A stretch of DNA of 64,000 nucleotides from Vezdaea acicularis (GCA_026025075.1 JAPEUI010000030.1:62001-126000), one strand, 5' to 3'. Counted from the stretch's first letter, positions 27,278 to 39,409 are shown. The notes: generated by a model from the letters alone, not told the origin. Numbers and translations are program-made.

Positions 27278-27596
27278 GCTCCGCGGGCTGAGTTCAACTT
27301 GGCGTCACATTGTGCTCCAGTATGTCTGTCACTGCATCTCTTAGGAAACGCTGCAAATATATCCCCCATTTCTTCATTATTCCCGACCAAGAATAAATCC
27401 CATCTATTACTATTACCCCTGGCTCCCACGCCCTCCTCGCTGACGCAGCAAAAGTAGTCCATCCCAGCCCCAACGCAGTCACTTAGACACCCAAACTCGC
27501 CCCTCCCTCTTCCAGCCCCCCAAGCGCCACACGCACGCGCGCTCCTCTCTAGCAACCCACGACCCTCAGACCTCACTCCCCCCCCTCCCTCCCCGC

Positions 27597-28716
27597 TCAT
27601 CTCGCCCAACCATGCACCCACCTCTCCGTCCGCCCCCCCGCCAGGAACCGGCTCCACGCCGCTCCTCCATGGCTCCGACCGCGCTCCCATGTAAACGCGT
27701 CGCCTGGCTCGGCCGAGGACTCCGCGAAGGCGTTCCAGCGCCAGATGTTGCCTGCTTCTGTAGACAGTGATATGGTTAGTCTGGGATGGGACTGACTGTA
27801 CAGTGTGGGTTTATGGGAGAGCTGCTGGGGACTTGGGAAAGAAGAAGGGGGGGGTGGTACTAACCTCTCATCCGCGGTGCAAAATCAACCACTTCCCCCT
27901 CCTCCCACTGCCGCAGCGCGTTGAACAGCGGGCCGAAGTCGATATGGGCGCATGCCGCGCTTTCAGTAGACGCGGCGGGAGAGGTGGTGGATGCAGGCTG
28001 GGTGTGCGGGCTGGGAAGATCGGCTGGCGGGTCGTCGGTCCAGTACACCCCGACTTTGCCCTTGCTGTCGGTGTAGGTGGCACTTTCGCCTGCGGCGGGC
28101 CGGAAGGAGAGGGTTTGCTCGAGGATGAAGGTTATGGTCGGGAGGTGCACGGGGAGGGTTGTTGGGTAGTCTCTATTTAAGGGGTTAGTATGCGGATGTT
28201 TGGGGATGTGGAGGGGGGGAAGAAAGAGGGAGAAAGAGTGCTGGTGGGAGAGGCGGGTTTAATGGGAGAGCTCTGGTTACGTGTGGTGTTTCCCAAGCAC
28301 CCACGCTCCTGGAGCTCCCCCATCGCCCTCACCACAGAAAACAAAACAAGCACCAAACGCACTAACCTCGGAAACCGCAACTCCCTAACCACGTACTGCG
28401 CCAGACCCCACACTTTCGGATGCGTCGCCAAGGCAATAAAATCCTTAACATCCCGCATCGAGACGCGCTCCACTTCCTCGTCCCTCGCCGCCTCCATGAA
28501 CTCCCTCAGCCGCTGCTGCACTTCCACCATCACCTCCAACTCGTCGAGTTGGTACGCGGGTTTGAAGAAGTGTGGCGTTGGCTCCGGCTGGACGGTGCTG
28601 CTGGTGTTGTAGAGTGAGGAGAGGGCGGGGACGTGGTGCTGGCGTGGGATGAAGGGGTGGGGGGTGGGTGTGTGGGGGAAGTCGGTTAGGGGAAGACGGG
28701 GGGTGGAGGATGGCAT
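27597..28716 (-). CDS. Hypothetical protein, 3 exons
   Basis: Two gttagt..ctaac..tag/cag introns join three open frames in phase: ...LRFPR|DYPTTLPVHLPTITF...PRMRE|AGNIWRWNAF...HGWAR*. Confidence 0.65.
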
Positions 28717-29434
28717 TTTTGGAGCTGTGGGGCTGGGGAGGTGTTAGTGGGGGTTTGGTATGTGAGGGAACTCTTGCGTTCTCGGGGGGTCTTCGTTGTA
28801 TACGAAGGCTTGCGTTCTTTCTTACCTTTCTTTTCTTTTTCTTTTCTTTTCGTTCGACGTTCAACCTTCAACGTTCAACGTCTTCTGGAGACGGTCGTGC
28901 TGCGGTACACCGTTATTCCTATAAGCTCTCATTACGTGCAAAGAACTTTCATCTTACCTGTCCAAGCCCCCTTACAGCGAAACGACGACGACAAGCCACC
29001 AGATGAAGCGGCAGTGCGAGAACGTCACTGGTTATCTTCAAAGGCGGTTATTACGTCTACCCCCTCTTCAATATTTCTGAACGCTCCCGTTACGTTACGT
29101 GCTGAAGACAAGTATTGAGAAAAAGTTTCGATTTCTGGTGGAAACGACGACGATGTGGAGGGAAAAAAAGTTTTCATGGAAGAGAATCGAGGTGGGATGG
29201 TTCGGAAATCATGGCACACTGATGGGTTATGCCCTACCTCTGAACACGCGGTGGAGAATTGTGTTCGGGGAGTTGTGCATTGAACAATTATAGTGCACGC
29301 GGATATGATCAGGGCTGTGTTGGCTGCTATGGCTACGGTTCTAGTGTCATTTAGTACAAGTACGCTCATTGGATTCACTTATACTCATTAGGTAGTAATA
29401 TATTCACAAGATCACTTCAACCCTACAAACCTAT

Positions 29435-32267
29435 TTACAACTTCCCCGCCGCAGCTCCAGCGCCCACCAACTCCGCGCCCGCACCCACAATACACAACTT
29501 CCCCGTCTCCACGACCCGCGTCTGAAACACGACTCTACCCCCCTCCCTCCACATCTCCGTCCTAAGCGTCTGACCCGGAATCACCGGTCCCGCGAAGCGC
29601 ACTTTAATATTCCTGAAGCGGCCATACCGGGCGAAAACGTGTTTGGCGGAGATGCCAAAGAAGCAGAGACCGTGCAAGATGGGAACCTTGAAGCCGCCCA
29701 TTTTGGAGAACTCGGGGTCGATGTGCAGGGGGTTGCGATCGCCGTTGAGGCGGTAGAGCGCGGCTTGTTCCTCAGTCGTGCGCTCTTCGACGACGGCGTC
29801 GGGGGCCCGTGGAGGGGGATTATGTGCTGCGGTTGCGGCGCCGCGGGGGGTGCCTTTGGTGGGACCGCCGAAGCCGCCGGAACCGCGGATGAAGACGGAG
29901 CTCTCGTTGTAGAAGAGGTCTTGGCCGGTCTCGGCGTTTTTGGTGAGGGTTCCCTGGACGACGATGGCGGCGTTGCCTTTGTCGATGACTTCGACGAGGG
30001 AGGGGTAGGAGACGAGCCGGGCGGAGGTGGGGATGGGGTAGCTGCGGATTTCGAGGTATTGCTCGCCGTGGAGCAGCATCATGGGGGAGAAGTTGGGGAC
30101 GAGCTCGTCGAGGTTGTAGGGCGCTTGCGCGTTGAAGGGCGGGATGACGCCGAAGGTGGGGAGGACTTGGAAGGTGTCGGCGCCTTCGAAGACGAGGGGG
30201 AGGTCGGTGCGCTTTGCGCCCAGGCCGAGGTTGTAGAGGAGGACGTCTCGGTCGTCGTAGGAGAACTCGCTTCCTTCTGCTTTTGCCTGCTTGGCCTTTT
30301 CGATGTTGGCTAAGATTTCTTGGTTGGCGGCGCTTCCTTTAGAGGCTCCTTTACCGCTAGAACGGTTCTGCATGTTCTTCAGAATGCTCTTGAGCCCGTC
30401 CTGGCTGTCTTCTGGGTGGTCGGCTCGCCCGTCGTCGAAGTTGATGATGTTGCTCCAGGCTTTCAAGACGGTCTCGGGGGTCAGCCGGATATCAATTGGG
30501 AAGCCGTGGCCGCCGCTTCGTTGCCATCTCGTACGTCCAACCCAGCCACTTCCGACCTCGAACAGTCCGCCGGTGGGTGGCTCAGGCACCTTGTCACTGC
30601 AGAGCGCCACGACGAGGGGAGCGACATACTCTGGCTTCAGCATCTGCACAATCTCCTCGGGCATCACTGTTCGAGTCATATTTGTGCCCGCGTTGGGAGC
30701 AATCGTATTGACATAGATGTTGTACTTGGCGCCCTCTCTTGCAAGAGCACGTGAGAAACCAAGGATTCCCAGCTTCTGATAATCGAGTCAGCATTTTAAT
30801 CTATAGACAATAGGATTGATGGATAAACCTACAGCAGTAGCGTAGTTTGCTTGACCGAAGCTACCGTAGATGCCGCTCGTGCTGGTCGTATTGATGACTC
30901 GGCCATACTTCTGCTTTAAGAAGTAAGGCCATGCCGCCTTCGTGACCTTGTATGTTCCCCGTAGATGTACGGCGATGACAGGATCCCAGAACGCATCATC
31001 CATATTGTGGAAAGCCTTGTCACGCAGTATGCCAGCATTATTGATGACTATATCCACGCGGCCAAAGGCGTCAATCGCCGCCTTGACGACTGTATCACCA
31101 TCTTCTGCAGAAGCCTTGTTGCCGACGGCCCTGCCACCCATCTTTTGAATCTCCTGAACGACATCGTCGGGGTTGGCAAGGTCGTTCACCACGACGGATG
31201 CGCCAAGCTTGGCGAACAGTAGGGCATATGACCGTCCGAGCCCTGCACCGCCTCCAGTGATGAGCGCCACCTTTCCAGAAAAGTCGACTGGTTCTCCTTT
31301 GTCATTACTTCCCAGCTTCTGCGCCTCTTCCAAAAGGTCCATGAAGTTTGCTGGACCTTCTGGATAGGACGGTTCAGAGAAATCGTTAACCTCCTTCCAC
31401 CGCTTCAAAATGGCGCCTGGAGTAAGGGAAGAGTCTGTTTTCAGTAAAGCACCCTTAGCACGTTCCCATCTCAGTTTCGCGATGTGTCCGCCACCGACTT
31501 CAAATATCGATCCTGTCTCGGAGTTATTAGATGAGTGCACAAGGACTGCAACCAATGGCACAACCCAGTCCGGCTTAAGGTTTTCGAGGAGGTCAGGAGG
31601 CATGACTGTCTCAGTCATTCGACTGGCCGCAATAGGAGCGATGACATTTGCAAAGATGTTATACTTGTACCCCTCCTTTGCGAGCGTCTCGGTGAATCCG
31701 ACTTGAGAGAGCTTAGCAGCCGAATAATTCGTCTGTCCAAAGCTCCCAAAGAGCCCAGCTGCTGATGCCGTATTGATCACTCGTCCGTACTTTTGCTTCC
31801 GGAAGTATGGCCATGCTGCTCGCGCACATTTGTATGCCCCTTTCACATGCACCTTTATGATGAGATCCCAGTCCTCGTCTTTCATATTCTTGAACGCCAC
31901 ATCACGAAGGATGCCAGCATTATTGATGAGGACATCTACCCGTCCGAAGTTTTTGATTGCAGTCTCTATGATCTTTTCTCCATTCTCCACGCTATCGTAG
32001 TTCGCGACGGCTTTGCCGCCCGCGGCTTTGATCTCGTTGACAACCACATCAGCAGCCTGGTAATGGGAATCAGTGATTTTTATTGGGAAGTACATGCAAT
32101 TCATTTCTGACCTTCGTGGAGGTGCTTTCGCCTTTCAACGATCCTCCAAGATCATTGACCACGACGTTCGCGCCTCGGGAGCCGAAGAATGTTGCGTATG
32201 CCTTCCCCAGCCCGCCCCCCGCGCCCGTAATCACCACTGTCTGGCCGTCAAAACGTAGCTCCGACAT
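29435..32267 (-). CDS. FOX2: Peroxisomal multifunctional beta-oxidation enzyme (2x SDR plus MaoC-type hydratase)
   Basis: Two [19 protein letters not shown] domains, [14 protein letters not shown] hydratase-2 motif, C-terminal GKL. Confidence 0.97.
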
Positions 32268-32426
32268 GCTGAAATGTCCGCTTTCCTCTATTGGAGTGAA
32301 TGTATTTCGGCCGAAAGTCGAAGGTGTTGTGGGAGAGAAGACAGGAAACTCTCAAGATGAGAATTGACAGAATAGCAGGCGGTCGCCAGAATATGATGTC
32401 TTCGGATGAGGAATGCTCACCGACTG

Positions 32427-32432
32427 CCTCGG
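32427..32432. promoter_or_regulatory. FarA/FarB (Ctf1-type) fatty-acid response core CCTCGG
   Basis: CCTCGG 160 bp upstream of the FOX2 ATG; this core is the known element of beta-oxidation and peroxisome genes in Aspergillus. Confidence 0.5.
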
Positions 32433-32876
32433 CAATAAATGAGGCGCCATGATTGGCTATGCTTTTCGCTTCCCCGGATTCCGTAAGAAGCCGCGCCTTC
32501 ACATGCTCGTGCGTCAGCTCTGGTCTTCCTCGTGACCAGTCGCATGACCTTCTCCATCGTTGCGTTGCTCCGAGCTGCTGCTACTACGGAAGTAACTTTG
32601 TTGTGCTTATTTCGGGGTCATTTGAAAGTCTTTGGGTTTTGATGAGATGCAACCTTTAGCATTTCGTCTGGGCCAATCAGGCTTTGGGCTTCATGCATGA
32701 AGCTCCGCATACCAACTCGGGACTTTGTGCGTATTTTGCAGAATTATTAGTTTACCCATCGCAAACTCACGCCTCGAATTTTTGGGAGATCAAATGCTAG
32801 TCTCAAATTATCAACAGAATATCTCTATGAATGTCCATCACGACGATTGAGCATTTATTCCACTCCTTGCCTGAAG

Positions 32877-33917
32877 ATGGAGAGCATGGAGAACCCCAAT
32901 AAAATTCTTTCCTTTGCCTCACGATTTTTTGACAAACAATATACAATCTATAAGAGCGACCCGTCCAATACGGGGCGCCCCTATTTTCTAGGTGTCAGTG
33001 GTGTCCAAGGTTGTGGCAAGACAACCTTTGCAAGTAGGATCAGCAATCATATCGAAAAGGTGCATGATGCTAGAGTTGTTGTGCTGAGCATTGACGATTT
33101 CTACCTTCCTACCGATGAACGAGTTGCTCTTGCAAAAGCTCATCCAAACAATGCACTCCTACGGACCCGCGGAGTGCCAGGAACGCATGACATAAAGCTT
33201 GCCTTGCAGACTTTCTCGGCGTTGTCAGAGGGGCAGGAGGTTAAGCTGCCTAGATTTGATAAGTCGGCTCATAAAGGCGCTGGTGATCGTGTTTCCGAGT
33301 CTTTGTGGGTTACTATAACTCCCTCAAAAGACCCTGTTGATGTTGTCCTGTTCGAAGGATGGTGCGTTGGCTTTTCATCAATCGGAGAAGACAAAGTGCG
33401 GGAGGCACATGCGTCTAGTCAAAAATCCCGGAAGAGTGGAGAGCAGCTCTGGAGGCATGACGTCGAGAGTACTTTGTTTATCGATCGCCAGCTTACGCTG
33501 TATCAAAAGTTGTTCGAGTACGTACTCAACCCTCGAAGCCATTCAAGTCCATACTGACAGTTCGGTAGCCGTTTAGATGCGATGATACACATGTGAGTCT
33601 CACACACTGCTCTTCTGCTTCTGGTTACAAATACTCGCAGTGACACCTCACTGCTTTCAAACGTATACTCGTGGCGCCTTGAACAGGAGCATGCCCTCCA
33701 TCGTTCTCACGGGACCGGTATGACTGATGAAGAGGTCAAAGCCTTCATAAACAACTACATGCCAGTCTACGAGGTATACCTGCCATACTTCCAAAGAAGC
33801 ACCTCAGGCCTCAGAAGTGAAGGTGAGGTCGCACCTTGGACACAGCATATCTTACATCTTACGCTAGGTAAAGATAGGGAGGTTGTCGAAGTTACAAAGT
33901 TTGGAGGTTCGAATTGA
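32877..33917 (+). CDS. TDA10: P-loop kinase, Tda10/D-glycerate 3-kinase-like
   Basis: GVSGVQGCGKTT, VLSIDDFYL, RGVPGTHD, FEGWCVGF, VYSWRLEQEH, GMTDEEV. Confidence 0.85.
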
Positions 33918-35289
33918 GCGTATATGTATATTCACACTGACATACAGGATTTCCGCGAAGATCCTGGGTTGGATGTGGCGAGTGGGAGCCAAATATAACG
34001 CACGTTCATCTCGCCACCTGATACACAGCTCAGACAGGGCCAGAGACAGAGGCCGGAGATTCAAGAAGCAGGCTGGTGATACCCATCGAATGACAGGGAT
34101 ACCGACGATAGTTGCGCCTTTTTGATGCGGCGTCGCGTGGCCGCACGGTCCGCACGGTTCATTTAGGCGGTATGGCGGAGGACCACCGTGGGGCCGCAGG
34201 ACTGAGGATGTGAGGCGGAGAGCGGGATTTTATACAGGCTTTGAGACTTTACGTGGATGTGTGGTTTTGAGGTTGGTAAGATTCTGACAGGACTGTGCTT
34301 TGCTGGTCGCTTAAGAAAGTGCCTGTTCTGTCTTGAGATGGCGAACGAAAGATTGGAGCAATGGGAACATCACAAGTCCATGTGCACGGCGTCTACTGCA
34401 TGGCGACGTTTTCCGTCGAGGCAACAGCGTCTATGTGGGCTACGCAGCGTCATGTGCGCGATTGCTGTTTCAATCAATAACGAGGATGCAGCGAAGATCC
34501 AACTCCGATCTTGTTACTCGTGACATGGTGTCGCCTGCATGCAAAACGAGCTCTTTTGAGTGGGAGAATTGTCCTCGTGCGCCATTTGAAGGCATGCAAT
34601 TGTGTTTCCTTGCAGGCAAGTATCTCCGACTACTGTTGATCCAGCTGCAGGGGGTAAGATAGTAATTGAGGCCTTCAGGGAACGGAACTCATCGCGGCTG
34701 AAGGCATAGAGTACATGAAAAGCCCCTGGAACAAGCAGCATGGTGGTAGGGATAGGATATCAGAGGGAGAAGGGAGAAGAAACATGGAGAAGGCCAAGAC
34801 GCAGGTGGGGGGGCTCAGGGATGAAGGGCCGTCAGAGAAATGTCGCGACGGGGCTTGGTTCGTCCGGCTGCGTCTCAGGGGGCCAGGGGCTGACTCGACT
34901 CGGTTAGGCGCATATTTTTATCTCGCGGCGACAGGAGACGAGGATCCTTCCTAAACGGTGCGACGAGAAATCCAACAGCCGTCCCCTGAGTTGCGTGCGA
35001 CACGGGCGCCGCTGGTTATAAAGCCGCCATCTGTCCTCATCCACCTCTGACTCTTCCCCTCACCCTCATTCATTCCTTAGGGCTAGAGTGCCAAGATTGT
35101 GACTGCCTAGAGTTGAGTCGTCATCTTGCTCTTGCGAGGAGCCGCAGCCCTTTCGTACCCGCCCGCTAACATGCGGTGCCGGGGTTGAGGACACTTGGCC
35201 TTTTCGCCTGCGCCTTACGACGACCCTTCTAATACGCTTCGTCATCCCATTCTTATCCTCACCATCCACGACGCACGAGCCTTATCACG

Positions 35290-36497
35290 ATGAATCCAAA
35301 TTTCAGCCCTGCAGACTCTCTGCTCTCCACCACCGAAGATCATTTTTCTCTATTTGAGGACGGCACTGTGACGCCGGCCGACACATCCTTCACAGCCATG
35401 ACACCCCAATCTTTCAAAGACGAGTTCGAGCGAGAAGACTCCCAAGCTCTATCAACTCAGGGCTCAGACAAGAAACCTACCAAGAAGCGAAAGTCATGGG
35501 GCCAGGAGCTTCCTACCCCAAAGACAAACCTCCCTCCTCGGTACGATTTAGACGACACGATCACGTCTTCTGTACCGGTCGCTAATGCTTTCAATAGGAA
35601 ACGAGCAAAGACAGAAGATGAAAAAGAGCAGCGTCGTATTGAGCGTGTCCTTCGAAACCGTGCGGCCGCTCATTCATCGAGGGAAAGAAAACGAAAAGAA
35701 TACGAAGGCCTCGAGGATCAGAAGCGTGCAATCATGGACGAAAACGCCGCGATCAAGGCTCGCCTCGAAGCCGTCGAGATGGAGAACCGAAGACTACAAG
35801 AAGAGCTTAGGAAGATGACCGTCTTCCAGGGTACACCGGCACAACCGTCTACAACCGTCGAACCCATAAGCTCGTCCTCACCCTCCTTGACGACCACCCA
35901 AGCGTCCCCATCCGTCATCTCACTCAAACAAGAACTCGATGAACTCGAGCTTCCCTCCCCACCTCCCTTGCCAACGGTTGACCCGCGCCAACCCTCATTC
36001 TCAACATCGTCTCCCTCCTCAGAGAATGGCTCCACGGCCGCCGTGCCTTCCGATATGACACAACATCCTGCTGAGATGTTGTGCGACCTGCAGTGTCAGT
36101 CGGAACACACGGAGCCGTGCCCGCCATTCTCAGAGTGGACCAGCACCCAGGCAGCGATGCCATCCAACCCGAAACTCACCCAAGTCCTCTTTCTGACAAT
36201 GGTATCAACAACCTACTCTCACCTGATGGCGCCCCTAGCAGCGATTTTCTACTCTTTGAGATGGGGCTCCCCCCTCTCACTAGCGAACCAGCCGACGACG
36301 ATCTTCTCTTTGATTCACTGGTTGATTACCAAGCCGTCCCGGCGCTCGAAAACGGCGGCTACCCCTTCTCCCTCGACGGCGACCTCCCCTCCTCGCTCCT
36401 CGATGCCCACCCCGCCGACCTTTCGTTTCCCCTTACTGCAAAGGCTTCTAGCTTGCAGCCCAGCTTTGGCGCGTCCCCTCAGGGATGCGACGGCTGA
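35290..36497 (+). CDS. HAC1: UPR bZIP transcription factor Hac1/HacA (induced, spliced form; the unspliced frame runs on to 36849)
   Basis: KKRKSWGQELPTPKTNLPPR|KRAKTEDEKEQRRIERVLRNRAAAHSSRERKR; spliceosomal intron 35541-35597; removing 36071-36090 gives QHPAVSV...LQPSFGASPQGCDG*. Confidence 0.96.
36059..36097 (+). other. Ire1-cleaved unconventional 20-nt intron (36071-36090) with twin stem-loops
   Basis: cacaacatc/gatgttgtg 9-bp stem with loop CTG^CTGA; gac/gtc stem with loop CTG^CAGT; both loops fit the CNG^CNG consensus. Confidence 0.93.
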
Positions 36498-37046
36498 GGC
36501 GTTGCAGCAGCTGTCGAGCGGCGAGGCGGGCCCGATTGTCGGCAGCGTGTGTGCTGATGGGAGTCTGGACCACGGTCGCGCTCGCATGGAGAGGTGGAGC
36601 TCGCTGGTGACGATGCTGTGGGCTATCGACTCGATCCAGCGCAGCAGCGGAGTCTCTCCGCAGTCAACAGTCAGTGAAAGTGAAGATCCGGTAGGCGATA
36701 TCAGGAGGACTTGTCTCGCCCTCGACGAGTGTCTAGGTCATAGTGCATTGGGTGGTGTGCGGGCTTTGGAGGCTGGGACGGAGCAGCATCCTGCAGAAAG
36801 GCGTTTATCCTTCTCGCCGTTCGTGTTGGCGGAGAAGATGTGGGAGTGAAGCGGCGGGGGATGGCTTTCCAGAAGGAGAATCTTTCATAGGCTCGGACTA
36901 GCCAATCAAAGCTTTTACTCAATCACCTCGATATGTTCTCGTGCAGCCTCGTTGTGCAAAACTTGAACCCTCGTTCGAGGCCCCGTCTGGTCCCCAAGAA
37001 ATATTCGTAGCGAGTGTGCCCAGTGAAAACCTCTCCGATGACGCTC

Positions 37047-37135
37047 TGACCATCGAGGGATCCAACGTTGTGACCATCGAGAGGATAGCGACGTTGTGAC
37101 CAATGAGGGGGCCCCGAAAGCGTGACCATTAGAAA
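37047..37135. repeat. Four degenerate 24-26 bp tandem units starting TGACCA, downstream of HAC1
   Basis: Units start at 37047, 37071, 37097 and 37123 (tgaccatcgagggatccaacgttg / tgaccatcgagaggatagcgacgttg / tgaccaatgagggggc.. / tgaccattag). Confidence 0.75.
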
Positions 37136-37869
37136 GAAGTTCGAAGTCCGAGATCCGGAATCCGAGACGAGGGCCGTGGCGTACTCCGTTGCTGTTGCGC
37201 ACAGGCTAATAGTAGTGCCGCTTTAGATGCCCAAAGTCTCTTCTCTTGCTTTGGAGCGCCGGGATAGCTACGGAGAGTGAAGCGGCATGGCGAGTCGCAC
37301 AGCGGCATTGCATGTTCACATTCCGCTACAGTAGATCCTGGCGAATGCGCGCTGCGGCCATGTGCAACCCGCTAGTATCCTCGATAAGGCAACCCCACGT
37401 CGGCAGCGCCGCTTACCGGCCCTTGATTTGTCGGTGCAGGGGCTCCCCCCTGCCCGTGCTGAATCACCTCCGTACGCCGCTTGGCGGTGCGATGCGTCTG
37501 CGCGCATCTAGCGACTCTAGGTTCGAGGGGAGCTCGCATTAACATGGGCTCCCCGTTTCTTCCCCAGCATATAAGGTCTTCCTTTCCCAACTCCATAACA
37601 TCGTTCTCTCCTCACAATCAGATCATAATTACGAAACCTGACTGAACACACTGGTATCCTTTACCTTCGGGGACCACTCTACACCCTCTATTGGCAAGAC
37701 TTGTGATAATTTTCCTTCCCTTCGCGACAACCGTAGCCTTGCCCGCCAGTGCGTTCGACGATACAGCTTGGAACTGCGTCAGCCATACGCTTAGCTAATC
37801 ACCACTTCGCATCCAGAACGAGAAAGCCTCGGACGTAGCCCACGCCGACCGCCCGGCAGTTTATGATCT

Positions 37870-38296
37870 CTTACTAGATTAAAACGGTCGCCACTAATAC
37901 CAACTCTGCCGTCCTAGAAAGAAAGGGCGACCAACGGACATCCTTCATTCGCTGGGCCACCCAGCCGCTTCTGACAATCAGACAATAGGAGGTACTCCTC
38001 TACAAATTTCTGGTAGATAGTTACGTCGCCAAGCTTATGGGGTTGCGGCTTTTTCTCTCAACCGAGGTGCAGAAAGATCTAGTTCTGCCTCAACACGGTC
38101 ATAGTTAATACCCAACTCTGCCATATTCAGCACAAAGTTGACCACGGACCTCCCCATTCCTCGAGACACTCAGCTGCATCTGACAGGACAGTCAAGAAAG
38201 GTCTAGTTCTGGTTAGGATTACTCGATTGAAACATTCGCCGTTCATACCAATTCTGCATATCTAGATCAAAGTCGACTGCGGACCTCCCTTGGATT
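37870..38296 (+). repeat. Three diverged direct repeats resembling intron 3' end plus short exon
   Basis: atacc(c)aa(c/t)tctgc..ag|..aaag..gac..cggac at about 37896, 38107 and 38244; gaaag(a/g)tctagttctg occurs twice. Confidence 0.7.
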
Positions 38297-38798
38297 GAAC
38301 TTATTTAAACCGCCCTGTCCCCCACTGCTTTTTTGTTCTTCAACCACTCACTGGATTGATTCGCACTTGGTCCCCTGGTCGAGGGATCTGTTTTCGGACC
38401 GCTTTTTCCTAGGAATATTGTTCTTCCGGTGCAGGTCTCACAGCTTACGCGGTGCAAGCAGCAACCGGCAAGGCAGTGAGACCCGGCCGCACAAATCCGC
38501 GCTCGCTTCCTACGCACTTGCACAGCCACAGCCATACTGGCGAAAAGAACGGATCTATTGTGATAATATAAAGTCAGTACACAACGCCCAGGAACAGCTT
38601 CGCTCATCTTGTCCCCTAATACCAGTTGCTTCCTGTTATGGTCCCTCGCAAGATAGTTCCCCACAGTTTACGACTTGTAACTGACGATCACGACTCTCCC
38701 CCTGTATTGAAAAGCCATATGACCAGCATCCTCTAGCCAGGACAGTGCATCGTAACCAACGACTTTCCAAACAGCGATTCCAGTATTGGCTTACAGAC

Positions 38799-39041
38799 AT
38801 GGCGACTCACTCACATCTTAGCCAATTGTCTCCCCGTTCTCTCTCTAAGGATAGTATGATAAATCTTGCATTTGGATGTCTTGCTGTGCTAGTTGGTCTT
38901 GTCACCATCTTCCTTGCCTATCTGACCTATCGAGTCACACGGCGCACGCGAAGACCAAGTAGAGGTAACGAGATCCTCCCAGACCTTTCTCCAGTCCAGC
39001 TAGCTCACCGACATCAGATGTGGAGGCTCAGCCACCTGTGA
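38799..39041 (+). CDS. Small single-pass membrane protein, hypothetical
   Basis: SKDSMINLAFGCLAVLVGLVTIFLAYLTY hydrophobic helix followed by basic RVTRRTRR; the 3' end may be spliced. Confidence 0.5.
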   Translation: MATHSHLSQLSPRSLSKDSMINLAFGCLAVLVGLVTIFLAYLTYRVTRRTRRPSRGNEILPDLSPVQLAHRHQMWRLSHL

Positions 39042-39409
39042 AGTTCGTGTGCTTGGTGAAGCCGAGCGGTGTCGAGTGCACGGTGGATTACGTAAGAAAT
39101 GACTAAGCAACCGGCGGGGTTTCTCGAAAGAAACTCGCGGCGAGGGCCGGATTTGGAACGACCGAATCCTCGGCTTACCTCTGGATCAATTCTAGGAACC
39201 CGACTTCCTAATGACTGAACAACCATCCTTCTTGGAGATGGATTAACGTCTGACGTTGTCCTCTTACCCCGTTTATGAGTGCTCGCCACGATCGGCCGTA
39301 TAAGCCTCTACGACATACTACGAAGTAGAGCGCGCCTGACTCCGGCAAACTCTCTCACCTCGTCTTGCCTTGCACCTCATGGAGATGTAGCAGGAGAGAC
39401 TCAAATGAA

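Noticed and set aside
29639..30313. 224-aa plus-strand ORF opposite FOX2, and similar ORFs opposite GCP2, PFK and NUP170
   Set aside because: Antisense shadows caused by high GC3 codon bias
34250..34255. TACGTG (UPRE-2-like) about 1 kb upstream of HAC1
   Set aside because: Single hexamer far from the TATA box; expected by chance
37047..37135. Regularly spaced repeats considered as a CRISPR-like array
   Set aside because: Eukaryotic context, whole units are homologous (no unique spacers), no cas genes
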